Numbered from the whole stretch's first letter, positions 1 to 13,123 are shown. The stretch: DNA of 63,291 bases, filler included, from Octopus bimaculoides (GCF_001194135.2; 5 parts of 5 records of this genome joined end to end with filler, not necessarily neighbours in it); one strand, 5' to 3'. Made by a program: numbers and translations. The notes: a model not told the origin generated them from the sequence alone.

Positions 1-462
1 TATATATGTTTGTGTTGGTGTGTTTACGTCTCCGTAGCTTAGCAGTTCGTCACAAGAGTTCAATGAAATAAGTACTAGGCTTACAAGGAATAAGTCCTGG
101 GGTCGATTTTTCTTTAGTTGCAACTAAAAAAAAAACCCCTTTAAGGTAGTGCCCCAGCATGGCCATAGTCAAATGACACACAAATATATCTGAAGGCACA
201 TGGCTCAATGGTTAGAGCATCGGTCTCACAGTAATGAGGTAGTGAGTTCAATTCCTGGACTGGGACACCTCCCCACAAAATCCGCGCCTTCTTTTATTTG
301 TTTTACTCATTTGAGTATGGCCATGATGGAGCACCACCTTGAAGGGTTTTTTAATTGAAGAAATCGACCCCAGGACTTATTCTTTGTAAGCTTGGCACTC
401 ATTCCATTGGACTGTGTTGTGTTCTTGAGCAGACAGACAGATTGATAGATTGATAGACACAC

Positions 463-505
<43 letters not shown>

Positions 506-1102
506 CATGCAGACAAATAGATAGAAAGATAGATATAGATAGATAGATAGATAGATAGATAGATCGATAGACAGACATAGATGTAAAAAGTGCATACAAA
601 TGCATAAAAACCTTTGCTGCAGGAATTGTTTCAGGAGAGAAATTCTCATTATAGTCAATATGTGTAGGAAATATGGTTAGAAGCACTTGATGTTGCTAAC
701 CCTTCCTGTTTCCAAGCCAAGTAATAACCACCCTGTCAATCGAACACCAAACTGCTCAGACATGTCTACATGGAGAGGGGGAAACAGATATGTTCATAAG
801 TATGCATTGTTTGTAGTTTGTATGCAAAGAACATGTAGCATGTCAAGACATGTGGCAAAACTTGGACATCTGTTCATGGTGGACTGCATGCAAACAATAC
901 CACCCCAGAAGCTCATTGTTTACAATCAGTAAACAAACATGAAGATGAAAAAAATATGGATTTACTCACATAAACTCATACCCAGATAGACACACACACG
1001 CACACACATACATACACACACACTCTCACACACTCACATACATTCTTGCATGCATGCAAGCACACACAGACACAGAGGCATATATACATTCTCACACGTG
1101 TG

Positions 1103-1138
<36 letters not shown>

Positions 1139-1181
1139 TAAAGAGAGATATATATATATAGAGAGAGAGATAAAGAGAGAT

Positions 1182-1253
<72 letters not shown>

Positions 1254-1258
1254 CCAGT

Positions 1259-1800
1259 ATGCTCCGATGGATGTGTAATGTCAGTGTGCATACTCGAGAG
1301 AGTGTAAGCGCTCTGAGAGAAAAGTTGAATTTAAGAAGCATCAGTTGTGGTGTGCAAGAGAGACGATTGCTCTGGTATGGTCATGTGGCAAGAATGGATG
1401 AGGATAGCTGTGTGAAAAAGAGCCACACCCTAGCGGTTGAGGGAACCTGTGGAAGAGGTAGACCCAGGAAGACCTGGGATGAGGTGGTGAAGCACGACCT
1501 TTGAACATTAGGCCTCACCGAGGCAATGACTAGTGACCAAGACCTTTGGAAATATGCAGTGCTGGAGAAGACCCAGCAAGCCAAGTGAGACCATAATCCG
1601 TGGCCTTTGCCAGGGGTGTAGCCAGCCCACTTATGCATACCTTTCCTTCATTGGACACTAAACTCTGTTTGCAAAGACAAGTTGGGGCAAGTGAAATCGA
1701 AATCGTAATCGAACCAAATTTGATGACTGGCACCTGTGCCAGTGGAGCGCTAACAGCACCGTCTGAGCACGATCATTGTCAGAGCAGCTGTATATATATA
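1259..1800 (+). mobile_element. RTE-clade LINE, 5'-truncated 3' end with 3' UTR
   Basis: Translates as RRLLWYGHVARMDEDSCVKK...VEGTCGRGRPRKTWDEVVKHDL, the characteristic RTE ORF C-terminus. It has an in-frame stop at 1502-1504. Confidence 0.85.
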
Positions 1801-2034
1801 TATATTGGTGATTTTCTTCCTCTGTCTTCCGTTTCTTTGGACTTTCCTCTATTTCTGACGAAGAGCTTGGCTTCAAACGTTAACTCCTCTTTCCTTCCTT
1901 TCCTGAGCATATCATCATGTAATGTCCGTTGTCCATGCTGGCATGGGTTTGATAGTTTGACCAGGGCTATATAAAACAAAACCAGTTGCACAGTCAGAGA
2001 CTAACGTGAACAGTCATGAATTTAAACTGGTGGT

Positions 2035-2088
2035 CCACACTGATGAAGCTCAAGGTTGAATAACCAAAAGCAGAAACCTGGTTTGTGG
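2035..2088 (+). ncRNA. Hammerhead-like motif of a different Penelope-like family
   Basis: CCACA-CTGATGA-AGCT...ggtt(gaat)aacc...AGCA-GAA-ACCTGGT-T-TGTGG. Stem I is perfect and stem III is quasi-palindromic, but the base of stem II is non-canonical. Confidence 0.4.
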
Positions 2089-3212
2089 ATATCCGTAATT
2101 GCATAAAATTTTTATTTGTGTTGTTAAATGTTTTAATTCGGTCTGTTTTCCTCGCATACTATTTTTCTCTGTTATATTGGTGCGCTACGGTGGATTATTT
2201 AAGACTTGGCTCTTATTTCTAGCAGGTTGATGCTCATTAAGCATCATTACGATATTTCATAGGTCGATAAAGCTATCATAACTGCGTTCCCACCAATGCT
2301 ACTACTGGTGATATCATCAAATTTTGAATTTATCCACAGATGATATGAACAGTAGTGACATCTAACTTCAAATCTCAGTGTTTGAATATTTCATTTAAAT
2401 ATATATATATATATATATATATATTTATTTATTCAAATTTTGCCACAAGGCCAGCAGTTTTGAGAGAAGAGTGCGAGTCAGTTACATTAACTCCAAAGTA
2501 CCGTTGTACTTATTTTATCAACCCGGAAAAGATGAGCAGCAACCTCAGTGGAATTTGAACTCAGAACATAAAGAAGGAGGAAAAGCTGCTAAGCATTTTT
2601 CCTGACATGCTAATAATTCCACCCAACTAACAACCTTCAATANNNNNNNNNNNNNNNNNNNNNNNNNNNNNNNNNNNNNNNNNNNNNNNNNNNNNNNNNN
2701 NNNNNNNNNNNNNNNNNNNNNNNNNNNNNNNNNNNNNNNNNNNNNNNNNNNNNNNNNNNNNNNNNNNNNNNNNNNNNNNNNNNNNNNNNNNNNNNNNNNN
2801 NNNNNNNNNNNNNNNNNNNNNNNNNNNNNNNNNNNNNNNNNNNNNNNNNNNNNNNNNNNNNNNNNNNNNNNNNNNNNNNNNNNNNNNNNNNNNNNNNNNN
2901 NNNNNNNNNNNNNNNNNNNNNNNNNNNNNNNNNNNNNNNNNNNNNNNNNNNNNNNNNNNNNNNNNNNNNNNNNNNNNNNNNNNNNNNNNNNNNNNNNNNN
3001 NNNNNNNNNNNNNNNNNNNNNNNNNNNNNNNNNNNNNNNNNNNNNTACAGGTAAAAACTCAATTAAATTCTATTTATTAAAAATTAAAATTAAATTAAGT
3101 TTCACAGTATAAAATATAAATGTATGTGACAGTGGATTTTCATCGATCAGTTCATGAACCTTGGTTCTTTTCCCTATATATATATAATTACATAGATAGA
3201 TAAATAAATAGT

Positions 3213-3263
<51 letters not shown>

Positions 3264-5364
3264 CTGGACAGAGATATAGATAAAGAAATGCAGCTATGGT
3301 CGTCACAGGGGAGAAACGAGACATTTTTTTCCAACAAAGCAGACTAAAACCCATGAAATTTCTTCTTTCCAAAGCTTAGCAATTTATATTGTACAAATAG
3401 CATTCATTTCAGTATTCCTAGCAGACTGTTGTCTGCAGAACTTTCTAGAACAGCAGCAGTTTTGACAGAAATCGGCAAGTGAAGACCATAATAAAATAAT
3501 ACTAAACTGTTTAGCACTTCCAAACCTTGCATTACTAATTCTGCTGGCAATAACAAGAACAATAATTACAACAACAAAGTCATGAACATTTTCAAGTGAA
3601 GGAATTTAAAGTACACAAAAAGCCCTGCCAGACGTAGAATTAAAAAATCGCAATTCAAGGAAGAGGCAAAGCAGTCTTTATAAAATGGTTTATATGGAAA
3701 TTCTTCTTTTAGTTAGACATATACATAAATGTACATACGTATATACATAGATAGTGTAATAGAGATGGTAAGAAAATTTAAGAACTTCCTTTTAAGATAT
3801 TATAATCCATGGTATCCCATCCTGAAGCAAGTAAATACACTACATTGCGTTATTTTTGTTCTTATTTTTACCTGTTTTATTCTATCTTACCTTATTTTAC
3901 CCTACTCTATTATTCTAACAGAATTTCCCACGTGTTAGTTTCCTAATATTTGTACTCTCTGAAGAAGCCTTGAGACTCAACCATTATCCAATCTCTGTCC
4001 AATGTTTGTTCATCCCTGAATATCACTGACGTGATGAGAATGACTTGGAAGATTTTAAGGCTTCATGGTAGAAACGGCTGTAAGGAATTTGTATCTGTAC
4101 ACTCATCTATTATTATTCATTCATTTCTATATATATATATCTGTTTACGTATTTATTGGCTGATCTCATTCGTTTACTTGTACCACTTAACATATGTTTG
4201 TTACTATCTAATAAATAGATATAATGGAATGTTTACTGGCTGATGTTTGTCGATTTTATATCCTCTCCATTTTCTTATTTGCCATATATCATCATCATCA
4301 TCATCATCATCGTTTAACGTCCGCTTTCCATGCTAGCATGGGTTGGACGATTTGACTGAGGACTGGTGAAACCGGATGGCAACACCAGGCTCCAGTCTGA
4401 TTTGGCAGAGTTTCTACAGCTGGATGCCCTTCCTAACGCCAACCACTCAGAGAGTGTAGTGGGTGCTTTTACGTGTCACCCGCACGAAAACGGCCACGCT
4501 CGNNNNNNNNNNNNNNNNNNNNNNNNNNNNNNNNNNNNNNNNNNNNNNNNNNNNNNNNNNNNNNNNNNNNNNNNNNNNNNNNNNNNNNNNNNNNNNNNNN
4601 NNNNNNNNNNNNNNNNNNNNNNNNNNNNNNNNNNNNNNNNNNNNNNNNNNNNNNNNNNNNNNNNNNNNNNNNNNNNNNNNNNNNNNNNNNNNNNNNNNNN
4701 NNNNNNNNNNNNNNNNNNNNNNNNNNNNNNNNNNNNNNNNNNNNNNNNNNNNNNNNNNNNNNNNNNNNNNNNNNNNNNNNNNNNNNNNNNNNNNNNNNNN
4801 NNNNNNNNNNNNNNNNNNNNNNNNNNNNNNNNNNNNNNNNNNNNNNNNNNNNNNNNNNNNNNNNNNNNNNNNNNNNNNNNNNNNNNNNNNNNNNNNNNNN
4901 NNNNNNNNNNNNNNNNNNNNNNNNNNNNNNNNNNNNNNNNNNNNNNNNNNNNNNNNNNNNNNNNNNNNNNNNNNNNNNNNNNNNNNNNNNNNNNNNNNNN
5001 NNNNNNNNNNNNNNNNNNNNNNNNNNNNNNNNNNNNNNNNNNNNNNNNNNNNNNNNNNNNNNNNNNNNNNNNNNNNNNNNNNNNNNNNNNNNNNNNNNNN
5101 NNNNNNNNNNNNNNNNNNNNNNNNNNNNNNNNNNNNNNNNNGATTCGTAAAGTGAAAAATTCATATAGTGGTTTATTATCGTCCATAAAAAACAATGAAT
5201 ATACCTTTAATTGGTTCCTTCTAAAGAAATTGATTCTTAAACTTTTTAAAATTGAAAAAAATGTTAAGATAAAAATAGCAATATTCAAGAATATAATTTT
5301 TAATTAAATAACAAACTACAAAATGAAAAAATAGAAAAACATATAAAATAAAAAAAAAATTCAA

Positions 5365-6554
5365 TTAATGAAATTTATCCATCAGGTCTGCCATCACTGG
5401 CGCCTCTTGAGCGCATGTTAATTCCATTTGTTGAGTCTCTTCAAATAGAGTTTCTGTCATCCAAGCTTTTTTGTTATGCTTCCAGATTATAGGAAGTTTT
5501 GTCTTATCAATTCCTTTTAAAGCACGGGGGTTTTCAGATCGATAAATAAGCAGGGGCTTAAGTTTGCTGTTCCCTTCACAATTTCGTCCCAGAAGCAATG
5601 TCATCCTATCTTTTGCAGCTTCGAATCCTGGCTTTGGAGATTCTTCTCTCACAATAAAAGCCCTTGAAGGCATTCATTTCCAAAATAGGACTGTCTCATC
5701 CACATTAAATATTTGAGACGGTATAAAGCCTTCTTTTTCAACCAAATCTTCTAAATTGGCGAGGAAAAGTTTCTGTAGCTTTTTGATCAATGCCAGACAA
5801 TTCTCCTCAGATCTTCACATTGTGTAGATTTGCTCATTTTTTGAAATGGTTGAACCAACATTGCTTGCTACAAACGTTTCACTTGATCCATTTGATTTAT
5901 CCTTAAATGAGTTAGAAAAGGAAATTGCTTTGCTGCAAATTATAGCCTGACTAAGTGGCATATGAAGTCTGTGAATTTAATCGTTAATCCAAGCTGTCAA
6001 AAGGTTTTCTGTGCATGAAATTAAACTTTCATTATCTTTTCTTCGTAACCAAGTTGAATTTGGAGAGTGACTTCCTTAAACTTTATTTAAATAATCTTCC
6101 TTTTGCTTCAAGATGGTACAAACAGATGAAGGAACCATATCAAATTTCTTTGATTAATCTTTAACAGTTGCACCTTTTTCGTGTTGTAAAACCAATTCGT
6201 ATTTTATTTCTAAAGTAATTGCTTTGTGTTTCTTCTTATTCTTGCTTGGCATCTCAGAATTCTTCCTTTTGAAGCCATCACAAGGGTATTCAAGAACAAT
6301 AAGCATGCATAAAAATTAAAAAAAAAGATGAATGGAATGAAAGAAGATAAAATGCAGACTAGCGTGAAAGAAGTTGGGTAGGCACTGACACACGTCAACT
6401 CCAAAAAGCAGATGCAGGTGATCGTTTAAGGTAACAAGTGCTGCCAGACCGAAAGTAAGCTTGCTGCCATGGTAACCAATTTTTACGTTTTTCATCTACA
6501 ATTTATAAAGATGAGGTTTCATAAACCGGGGTTTTGTAAAACGAGGTATGCCTG
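5365..6554 (-). mobile_element. Tigger/pogo DNA transposon, decayed, one terminus retained
   Basis: The minus strand encodes an HTH-psq segment (KAITLEIKYELVLQHEKG), a CENP-B HTH segment (LLTAWIND...SQAIICSKA...WFNHFKK) and DDE segments (IFNVDETVLFWK*MPSR, KDRMTLLLG, KLKPLLIYRSENPRALK, KKAWMT). The terminus reads CAGGCATACCTCGTTTT from 6554, with TA at 6555-6556. Confidence 0.9.
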
Positions 6555-6575
6555 TATTCTTTTATTCTTCTATAC

Positions 6576-6960
6576 TTTTACTTGTTTCAGCCATCTGACT
6601 GTAGCCATGCTGGAGCACTGCCTTTAGTCAAACAAATCGACCCCCAGGACTTATCCTTTGTAAGCCTAGTACTTATTCTATTGATCTGTTTTGCTGAACT
6701 GCTAAGTTATGGGGATGTACACACACGAACATTGGTTGTCAAGCAATGATGGTGGAGGGGGGACAAGCACAGATACACAAATACATACATACATACATGA
6801 CGGGTTTCTTCCAGTTTCCATCTACCAAATCCACTCACAAGGCTTTGGTCTGCCTGAGGCTGTATTAGAAGACACTTGCCCAAGGTGTCATGCAGTGGGA
6901 CTGAACCTGGAACCACATGGTTGGGAAGCAAACTTCTTACCATACGGCCCCTCCTGCGCC
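6576..6960 (-). mobile_element. SINE family A, full-length copy abutting the Tigger end
   Basis: Same blocks as 60465-60912. Confidence 0.85.
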
Positions 6961-9629
6961 TATATAAAACTTTCTATCCAAGGTTTCTTGAAAACTTGTT
7001 TGTTAGTCTACTGTGCTATTATTTAGACCCTGGTGGACCCTAATCCTGCAGATCTATGAAACAGTAAGTTATTATGTGGTATGGCATATTATCAAGTGCT
7101 AAATTAAGTTATAATATTTCTGTATGAAATTAAGATGAGTTCTACTTAATTTATGCATTGCTGCTTAAATTTATTACTCGCTGTAATATTTCATATCTTG
7201 CTGTCATAATTTACGACTTTCTGTTTTAAGTCTTGTCTTGCTATGTTCATTTATAACTTGTTCACTTGTCCTCTCAAGTGAAGGTTATGTATTGATGGTA
7301 TTTTTATACAGACAAAACTACAGCTGAGTCAGCTTTATGAAAACCTCATAATTCAATATTGAAATATTTACAATATGACATATATATATGAAAAGAAGCG
7401 AGATGAGATGCTTTATGGTCACTTGTATGACTGACCATGTTTCCTGTGTCACAAACACCAGCTCACTTTGTGGCTAGCTTTCTTGCTTGTAGACAATTAT
7501 TGTCAAGTTTCTGAAATATTCTGATATTACAGCTACATCTAAACATTTCGAAAAACATTTTTTCTTTCTAGTTCTGTTTCATCGTTTGATTAAAAAGATT
7601 TTGAAAAGTTATAAATAGCAATGGCTATGTGGTAAGAAGCTTGCTTCCCAACTGTATGGTTCTGAGTTCAGTCCCGCTGTGTGGTGCCTTGGGCGAATAT
7701 CTTCTGTAGCCTCTCGCTGACCAAATCTTTGTGACTGTATTTGGTAGATGGAAACTGAAAGAAGCATGCTGTACATGTGTGTGTGTGTATGTGTGTGTCT
7801 GTGTTTGTCCTTCACCACATTTTGACAAGTGTTGGCTTATTTATGTCCCCTTAACACAGCAGCTTGGGAAGGGAGACCAACAGAATAAGTATCAGGCTCA
7901 AACAAAAATAGATAAAAATTAAAAATAAAGTACTGGCATCAAAAAAATTATTCAAAGCGATGCTCCAGCATGGCTGGAACCTAATGACTGAAAAATTTAA
8001 AAAGAAAATAAGTAAAAAAAAAAAAAAAAAATTTAAGAAAATTTAAAAAATAAATAATAGAATCAAAGTAAATGATTAGAATTTATTTCCTGTATGGAGT
8101 GGCTGTGTGGTAAGTAGCTTGCTTACCAATCACATGGTTCTGGGTTCATTCCCACTGTGTGGCACCTTGGGCAAGTGTCTTCTACNNNNNNNNNNNNNNN
8201 NNNNNNNNNNNNNNNNNNNNNNNNNNNNNNNNNNNNNNNNNNNNNNNNNNNNNNNNNNNNNNNNNNNNNNNNNNNNNNNNNNNNNNNNNNNNNNNNNNNN
8301 NNNNNNNNNNNNNNNNNNNNNNNNNNNNNNNNNNNNNNNNNNNNNNNNNNNNNNNNNNNNNNNNNNNNNNNNNNNNNNNNNNNNNNNNNNNNNNNNNNNN
8401 NNNNNNNNNNNNNNNNNNNNNNNNNNNNNNNNNNNNNNNNNNNNNNNNNNNNNNNNNNNNNNNNNNNNNNNNNNNNNNNNNNNNNNNNNNNNNNNNNNNN
8501 NNNNNNNNNNNNNNNNNNNNNNNNNNNNNNNNNNNNNNNNNNNNNNNNNNNNNNNNNNNNNNNNNNNNNNNNNNNNNNNNNNNNNNNNNNNNNNNNNNNN
8601 NNNNNNNNNNNNNNNNNNNNNNNNNNNNNNNNNNNNNNNNNNNNNNNNNNNNNNNNNNNNNNNNNNNNNNNNNNNNNNNNNNNNNNNNNNNNNNNNNNNN
8701 NNNNNNNNNNNNNNNNNNNNNNNNNNNNNNNNNNNNNNNNNNNNNNNNNNNNNNNNNNNNNNNNNNNNNNNNNNNNNNNNNNNNNNNNNNNNNNNNNNNN
8801 NNNNNNNNNNNNNNNNNNNNNNNNNNNNNNNNGTGTTCGTGTGTCTGCGTTTGTTTCCCCAACATTGCTTGACAACCGATGCGGGTATGTTCATGTCCCC
8901 CATAACTTAGCGGTTCGGCAAGAGACCGTTAGAATAAGTACTAGGTTTACAAAGAATAAGTCCTGGGGTCGATTTGCTCGACAAAAGGCAGTGCTCCAGA
9001 ATGGTCGCAGTCAAATGACTGAAACAAGTAAAAGAGTAAAAAGAGTAACTGTCCTGATCAAAATGTATTGATCTCTGAAAACTGAATAATTGATCTGATC
9101 TGAGGGAGTCACTGTTGACTCATGTCGTAATAATAGTGTTATCAAGATATGATCAGCCTGGTTGACCCGGAGGCTATATCACAGCCAGTTCATCAGTGAA
9201 AGCTATCTCTAGATTCGATCAGATTCTTTATTAGCAGAGGAATGGGACAATTCCGATAGCAGTGGATTTTTGTTGTTTTTAGAAGGACATTTTGTCATGT
9301 TTGTTGATGTGTCTAAAGAGTGAGGGGGGTGGGCAGGTGGAAATGGGGATGGAAGCGGAAGAGGGGAAGCGAGGAAGGAGGGAGGGAAGTAGTTATGACA
9401 CGCCTTGCCCCCTTCTCTCGTTAATTTCATTCCTGCCTCTTTAGCAAAGATAACCTCTTGTGATAATATTTGTGTAATGAATATTTGCTCTGGAGGCTTC
9501 TGCTGTCCACCCACCAAACCCATCCGCAATAACAACAACAACAACAACAACAATAATCCACCTCCTCCTCCTCCTCCTCATCATCATCATCATCATCACC
9601 ACCACCACCATCACCACCACCACCATCAC

Positions 9630-9662
<33 letters not shown>

Positions 9663-9806
9663 TTTATATTTGTTTTCCTTGCTAATTTGGAATAATAATT
9701 ACGACGAAGAAAATGATGACAACAACAATGATGATGATGATGATAATGATAATGATAATGATAATGATAATGATGATGGTGGTAGTGGTGGTGGTGGTGG
9801 TGGTGG

Positions 9807-9842
<36 letters not shown>

Positions 9843-10151
9843 GGATGATGATGATTTCTTAATTAACCACAAAATGTTTACAAAAGTGCAAGGATGGTTA
9901 GATGATGATACAATACAGCATGAGATTACATGACGGGGGATGCAGACAAGAAATTATAACGATAATAATAATAATGGTTTCAAATTTTAGCACTAGGCCT
10001 GCAATTATAAGAGGGTTGAAGGTGGGGTTAATCGATTCCATTGATCTTAGTGTACAATTGGCACTTTATGCTATTGACCCTGAAAATATCAAAGACAATA
10101 CAGTTCTATATTTAAGAGATGAGGAATTCTGTACATTATTTACGTTATTTA

Positions 10152-10286
10152 CATTATTTACATTCGACGGATATTTGTCCTCATCTTGTTTGTTGTTAAC
10201 ACAACGTTTCGGCTGATATACTCTCCAGCCTTCATCAGGTGTCTTGGGGGCAATTTCGAACTTGGGTTCTCATTCCTAAGGTATTT
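10152..10286 (-). mobile_element. Penelope-like terminal repeat, left arm of an inverted pair
   Basis: It is the reverse complement of 10672-10805, contains a hammerhead motif and ends in short (TAAATAATG)-type repeats. Confidence 0.65.
10198..10243 (-). ncRNA. Identical minimal hammerhead motif on the opposite strand
   Basis: Exact reverse complement of 10714-10759. Confidence 0.6.
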
Positions 10287-10671
10287 TTTGATGTTGTTAA
10301 TATTCATCGTCATCATCATCATCATCGTTTAACATCCGCTTTCCATGCTAGCATGGGTTGGATGATTTGACTGAGGACTGATGAACCAGATGGCTACACC
10401 AGGCTCCAATCTGATTTGGCAGAGTTTCTACAGCTGGATGCCCTTCCTAACGTCAACCACTCTGAGAGTGCAGTGGGTGCTTTTACGTGCCACCGGCATG
10501 AAGGCCAGTCAGGCGGTACTGGCAACAGCCACGCTCAAAATGATGTATTTTAGGTGCCACCTGCACAGGAGCCAGTCCAGCGGCACTGGCAACGATCTCA
10601 CTCGAATGTCTTTACACATGCCACCGGCACAAGTGCCAGGAAGCTGGGCTAGTGTTCAGGTCACTGCTTGG

Positions 10672-10805
10672 AATACCTTAGGAATGAGATCCCAGGTCTG
10701 AAATTTCCCCGAAGACACCTGATGAAGGCTGGAGAGTATATCAGCCGAAACGTTGTGTTAACAACAAACAAGATGAGGACAAATATCCGTCGAATGTAAA
10801 TAATG
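10672..10805 (+). mobile_element. Penelope-like terminal repeat, right arm of the inverted pair
   Basis: Inverted copy of 10152-10286 with only a few substitutions. Confidence 0.65.
10714..10759 (+). ncRNA. Minimal type I hammerhead ribozyme motif
   Basis: GACAC-CTGATGA-A-GGCTG(gagagtatat)CAGCC-GAA-ACGT-T-GTGTT. Stem I is GACAC/GTGTT, stem II is GGCTG/CAGCC, a palindromic ACGT replaces stem III, and the cleavage triplet is GUU. Confidence 0.6.
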
Positions 10806-11669
10806 AAGTTGACCTCAGTGGAATTTGAACTCAGAATTGTGAAGATGAACAAAATGCCACTAAGCATTTTGTATGGCCGGGCTAACGACTCTTCCAGCTC
10901 ACTGCCTAAATAATATTAATAATTAATTTTCTGTGTGTAATTCTGCAGCTTGCATGTGTATGTGTGAGTGTGTGTATGAGCATGTGTGTGTGTATGTATG
11001 TGTGTGTGTGTGTGTGTGTGCATGAGCATGTGTGGGTGTGTGTGTATATTAATGCACAGTGCACCAGAGGCAATCTTCCCGCCATCTGTCGTTTCCTTTT
11101 CCACAAAAAACCTAAAGCAGTGAACAAGGAACCGTACACTCTGGCACCTCGTTTGCCAAACCCCCACCCCCCGCACCTATCTATAAATAAAACTGATGAC
11201 ATGTGACCAATCTGCGAGTGCTCACTGGGCTTGCTTCCACCTAGAATGAGAAAACAGAAAGGTAATTATTTAGAATTGTTGCAAAAACACTGATTGAAAT
11301 TGTCTTAATTACTTTGACTAATACCGTCACCTCAGTTAGTCTGTAAGGTGAAGTAGTTTGTTTATTGGTAGGAAACAGATTTGGCTGGAGGGATAGTAGG
11401 AGTAGAATAAAGAGAGAGGAGATGACAACGCTTCACTTGGCTAAAAGAAGGTCTCTGTCGTAGGTTTGGTTATGTGGTGAGAAGCTTGCTTCTCAACCAC
11501 ATGGCTCTGGAATCAGTCCCACTGTGTGGCGCCGTGGGCAAGTGTCTTCTACTATAACCTTCAGCGCCCTTTATTATAATTACTAGCTGTCCTGTGCCAT
11601 AAAAAATGACAGCTAATTGTTGTATTTTATATATTTAAAAGGGTACAAAAAAGTGGGAAAAAATAGCAC

Positions 11670-12032
11670 TATTTGAGCGTGATCATTACCAGCGTCGCCT
11701 TACTGGCACTTGTGCTGGTGGCACGTTAGAAAACATTCGACCGAGGTCATTGTCAGTGCCACTGGACTGGCTACTGTGCAGGTGGCACATAAAAAACATC
11801 ATTTTGAGCGTGGCCGTTACCAGTACCGCCTGACTGGCCCTCATGCCGGTGGCACGTAAAAGCACCCACTACACTCTCGGAGTGGTTGGCGTTAAGAAGG
11901 GCATTCAGCTGTAGAAACTCTGCCAGATCAGATTGGAGCCTGGTGTAGCCATCCGGTTGCACCAGTCCTCAGTCAAATCGTCCAACCCATGCTAGCATGG
12001 AAGGCGAACGTTAAACGATGATGATGATGATA
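11670..12032 (+). mobile_element. Repeat family B (RTE 3'-UTR-like or SINE tail ending in (GAT)n)
   Basis: It has internal ggcacgtaaaagcacc-type repeats and ends ...ccaacccatgctagcatggaaggcgaacgttaaacgatgatgatg. Reverse copies lie at about 4288-4502, 10309-10640, 13130-13400, 14130-14250, 54657-54720 and 56550-56595. Confidence 0.8.
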
Positions 12033-12059
12033 CAATATATGCACATATATATACAATGG

Positions 12060-12384
12060 GCTGGTGGTGATGGTGATGATAGTGGTGGCACTAGCAGCCA
12101 CGACGATGATTATAAGGCAGCTGCTGCTAATGATGATGGTGATGATAGTGAAAGTTGTGATGACTATGATGGTTGTGAGAGTTGAAATACTGATGATGAT
12201 GATGATGGTTTACATGGTGATAGTGATTAGTTAAAGTGATGATGATGATGATGATTATAATGACGATGATGATGATTATAATGACGATGATGATGATGGT
12301 GATGGATGAGGGATGATAGCGGTGGTGGCGGTTAAAGCAAAACGATGATGATGATGATGATGATGATGATGAAGATGGTGATGG

Positions 12385-12436
<52 letters not shown>

Positions 12437-12474
12437 GATGAGGATGATGATGATGATGATGGTGATGATGATGC

Positions 12475-12509
<35 letters not shown>

Positions 12510-12751
12510 GTGACAACAATGATGATGGTAGATGATGGATAATAGCGGTGGTGGTGGGGGTGGTTAAAGCAAAATGATGATGATGATGATGATGATGAAG
12601 AAGTGGCAGATGAGGGAGAGGAAATTGAGGAACAGGAGGAGGAAGAGAGAGAATAGGAGAAAGAGAAAGAGGGAGGGTGGAGGGTGCTGTGGTTAGTGGT
12701 GGTTTTTGTGGAATTGATAGTGCTGCTGCTGCTGCTGCTGCTGATGCTGCT

Positions 12752-12800
<49 letters not shown>

Positions 12801-13090
12801 GTGATGACACATCGTTCTTATTCTATTTCTGTATATTCACATCAAGAAATAAAGAACAAGAATACTCTTAGCATTTCTATTGTCTTAAATAAACAGAAAT
12901 TAATGTGTGTGTGTGTGTGTGTGTGAGTGTGTGTGTGTGCGTGTGAGTGTGTGTGTGTGTGCGTGTGAGTGTGTGTGTGTATAAAGCATATAGAGTCACA
13001 CATAAATATGCATGCATGTGGGTATGTTTGTAAATATACTCAGATACCTGTGTGTGTGTGTGTGTGTGTGAGTATATATACATCATCATT

Positions 13091-13123
<33 letters not shown>

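Noticed and set aside
192-270. tRNA-like sequence with A and B boxes
   Set aside because: No complete cloverleaf; it matches SINE heads elsewhere in the window.
758-855. Several RRRCATGYYY p53-like half-sites
   Set aside because: Only one is perfect, the adjacent pair has several mismatches, and CATG is common in this CA/TG-rich background.
9177-9188. TATCACAGCCAG, identical to the first 12 nt of miR-2 family members
   Set aside because: The upstream arm does not pair with the seed end, the flank resembles a dispersed repeat, and no miR-71/miR-2 cluster was seen. A chance match is plausible.
12127-12810. Poly-S/H/I/M/D/N ORFs here and at 9405-9933, 15833-16506 and 62841-63153
   Set aside because: They are translations of trinucleotide microsatellites with no splice or domain support.
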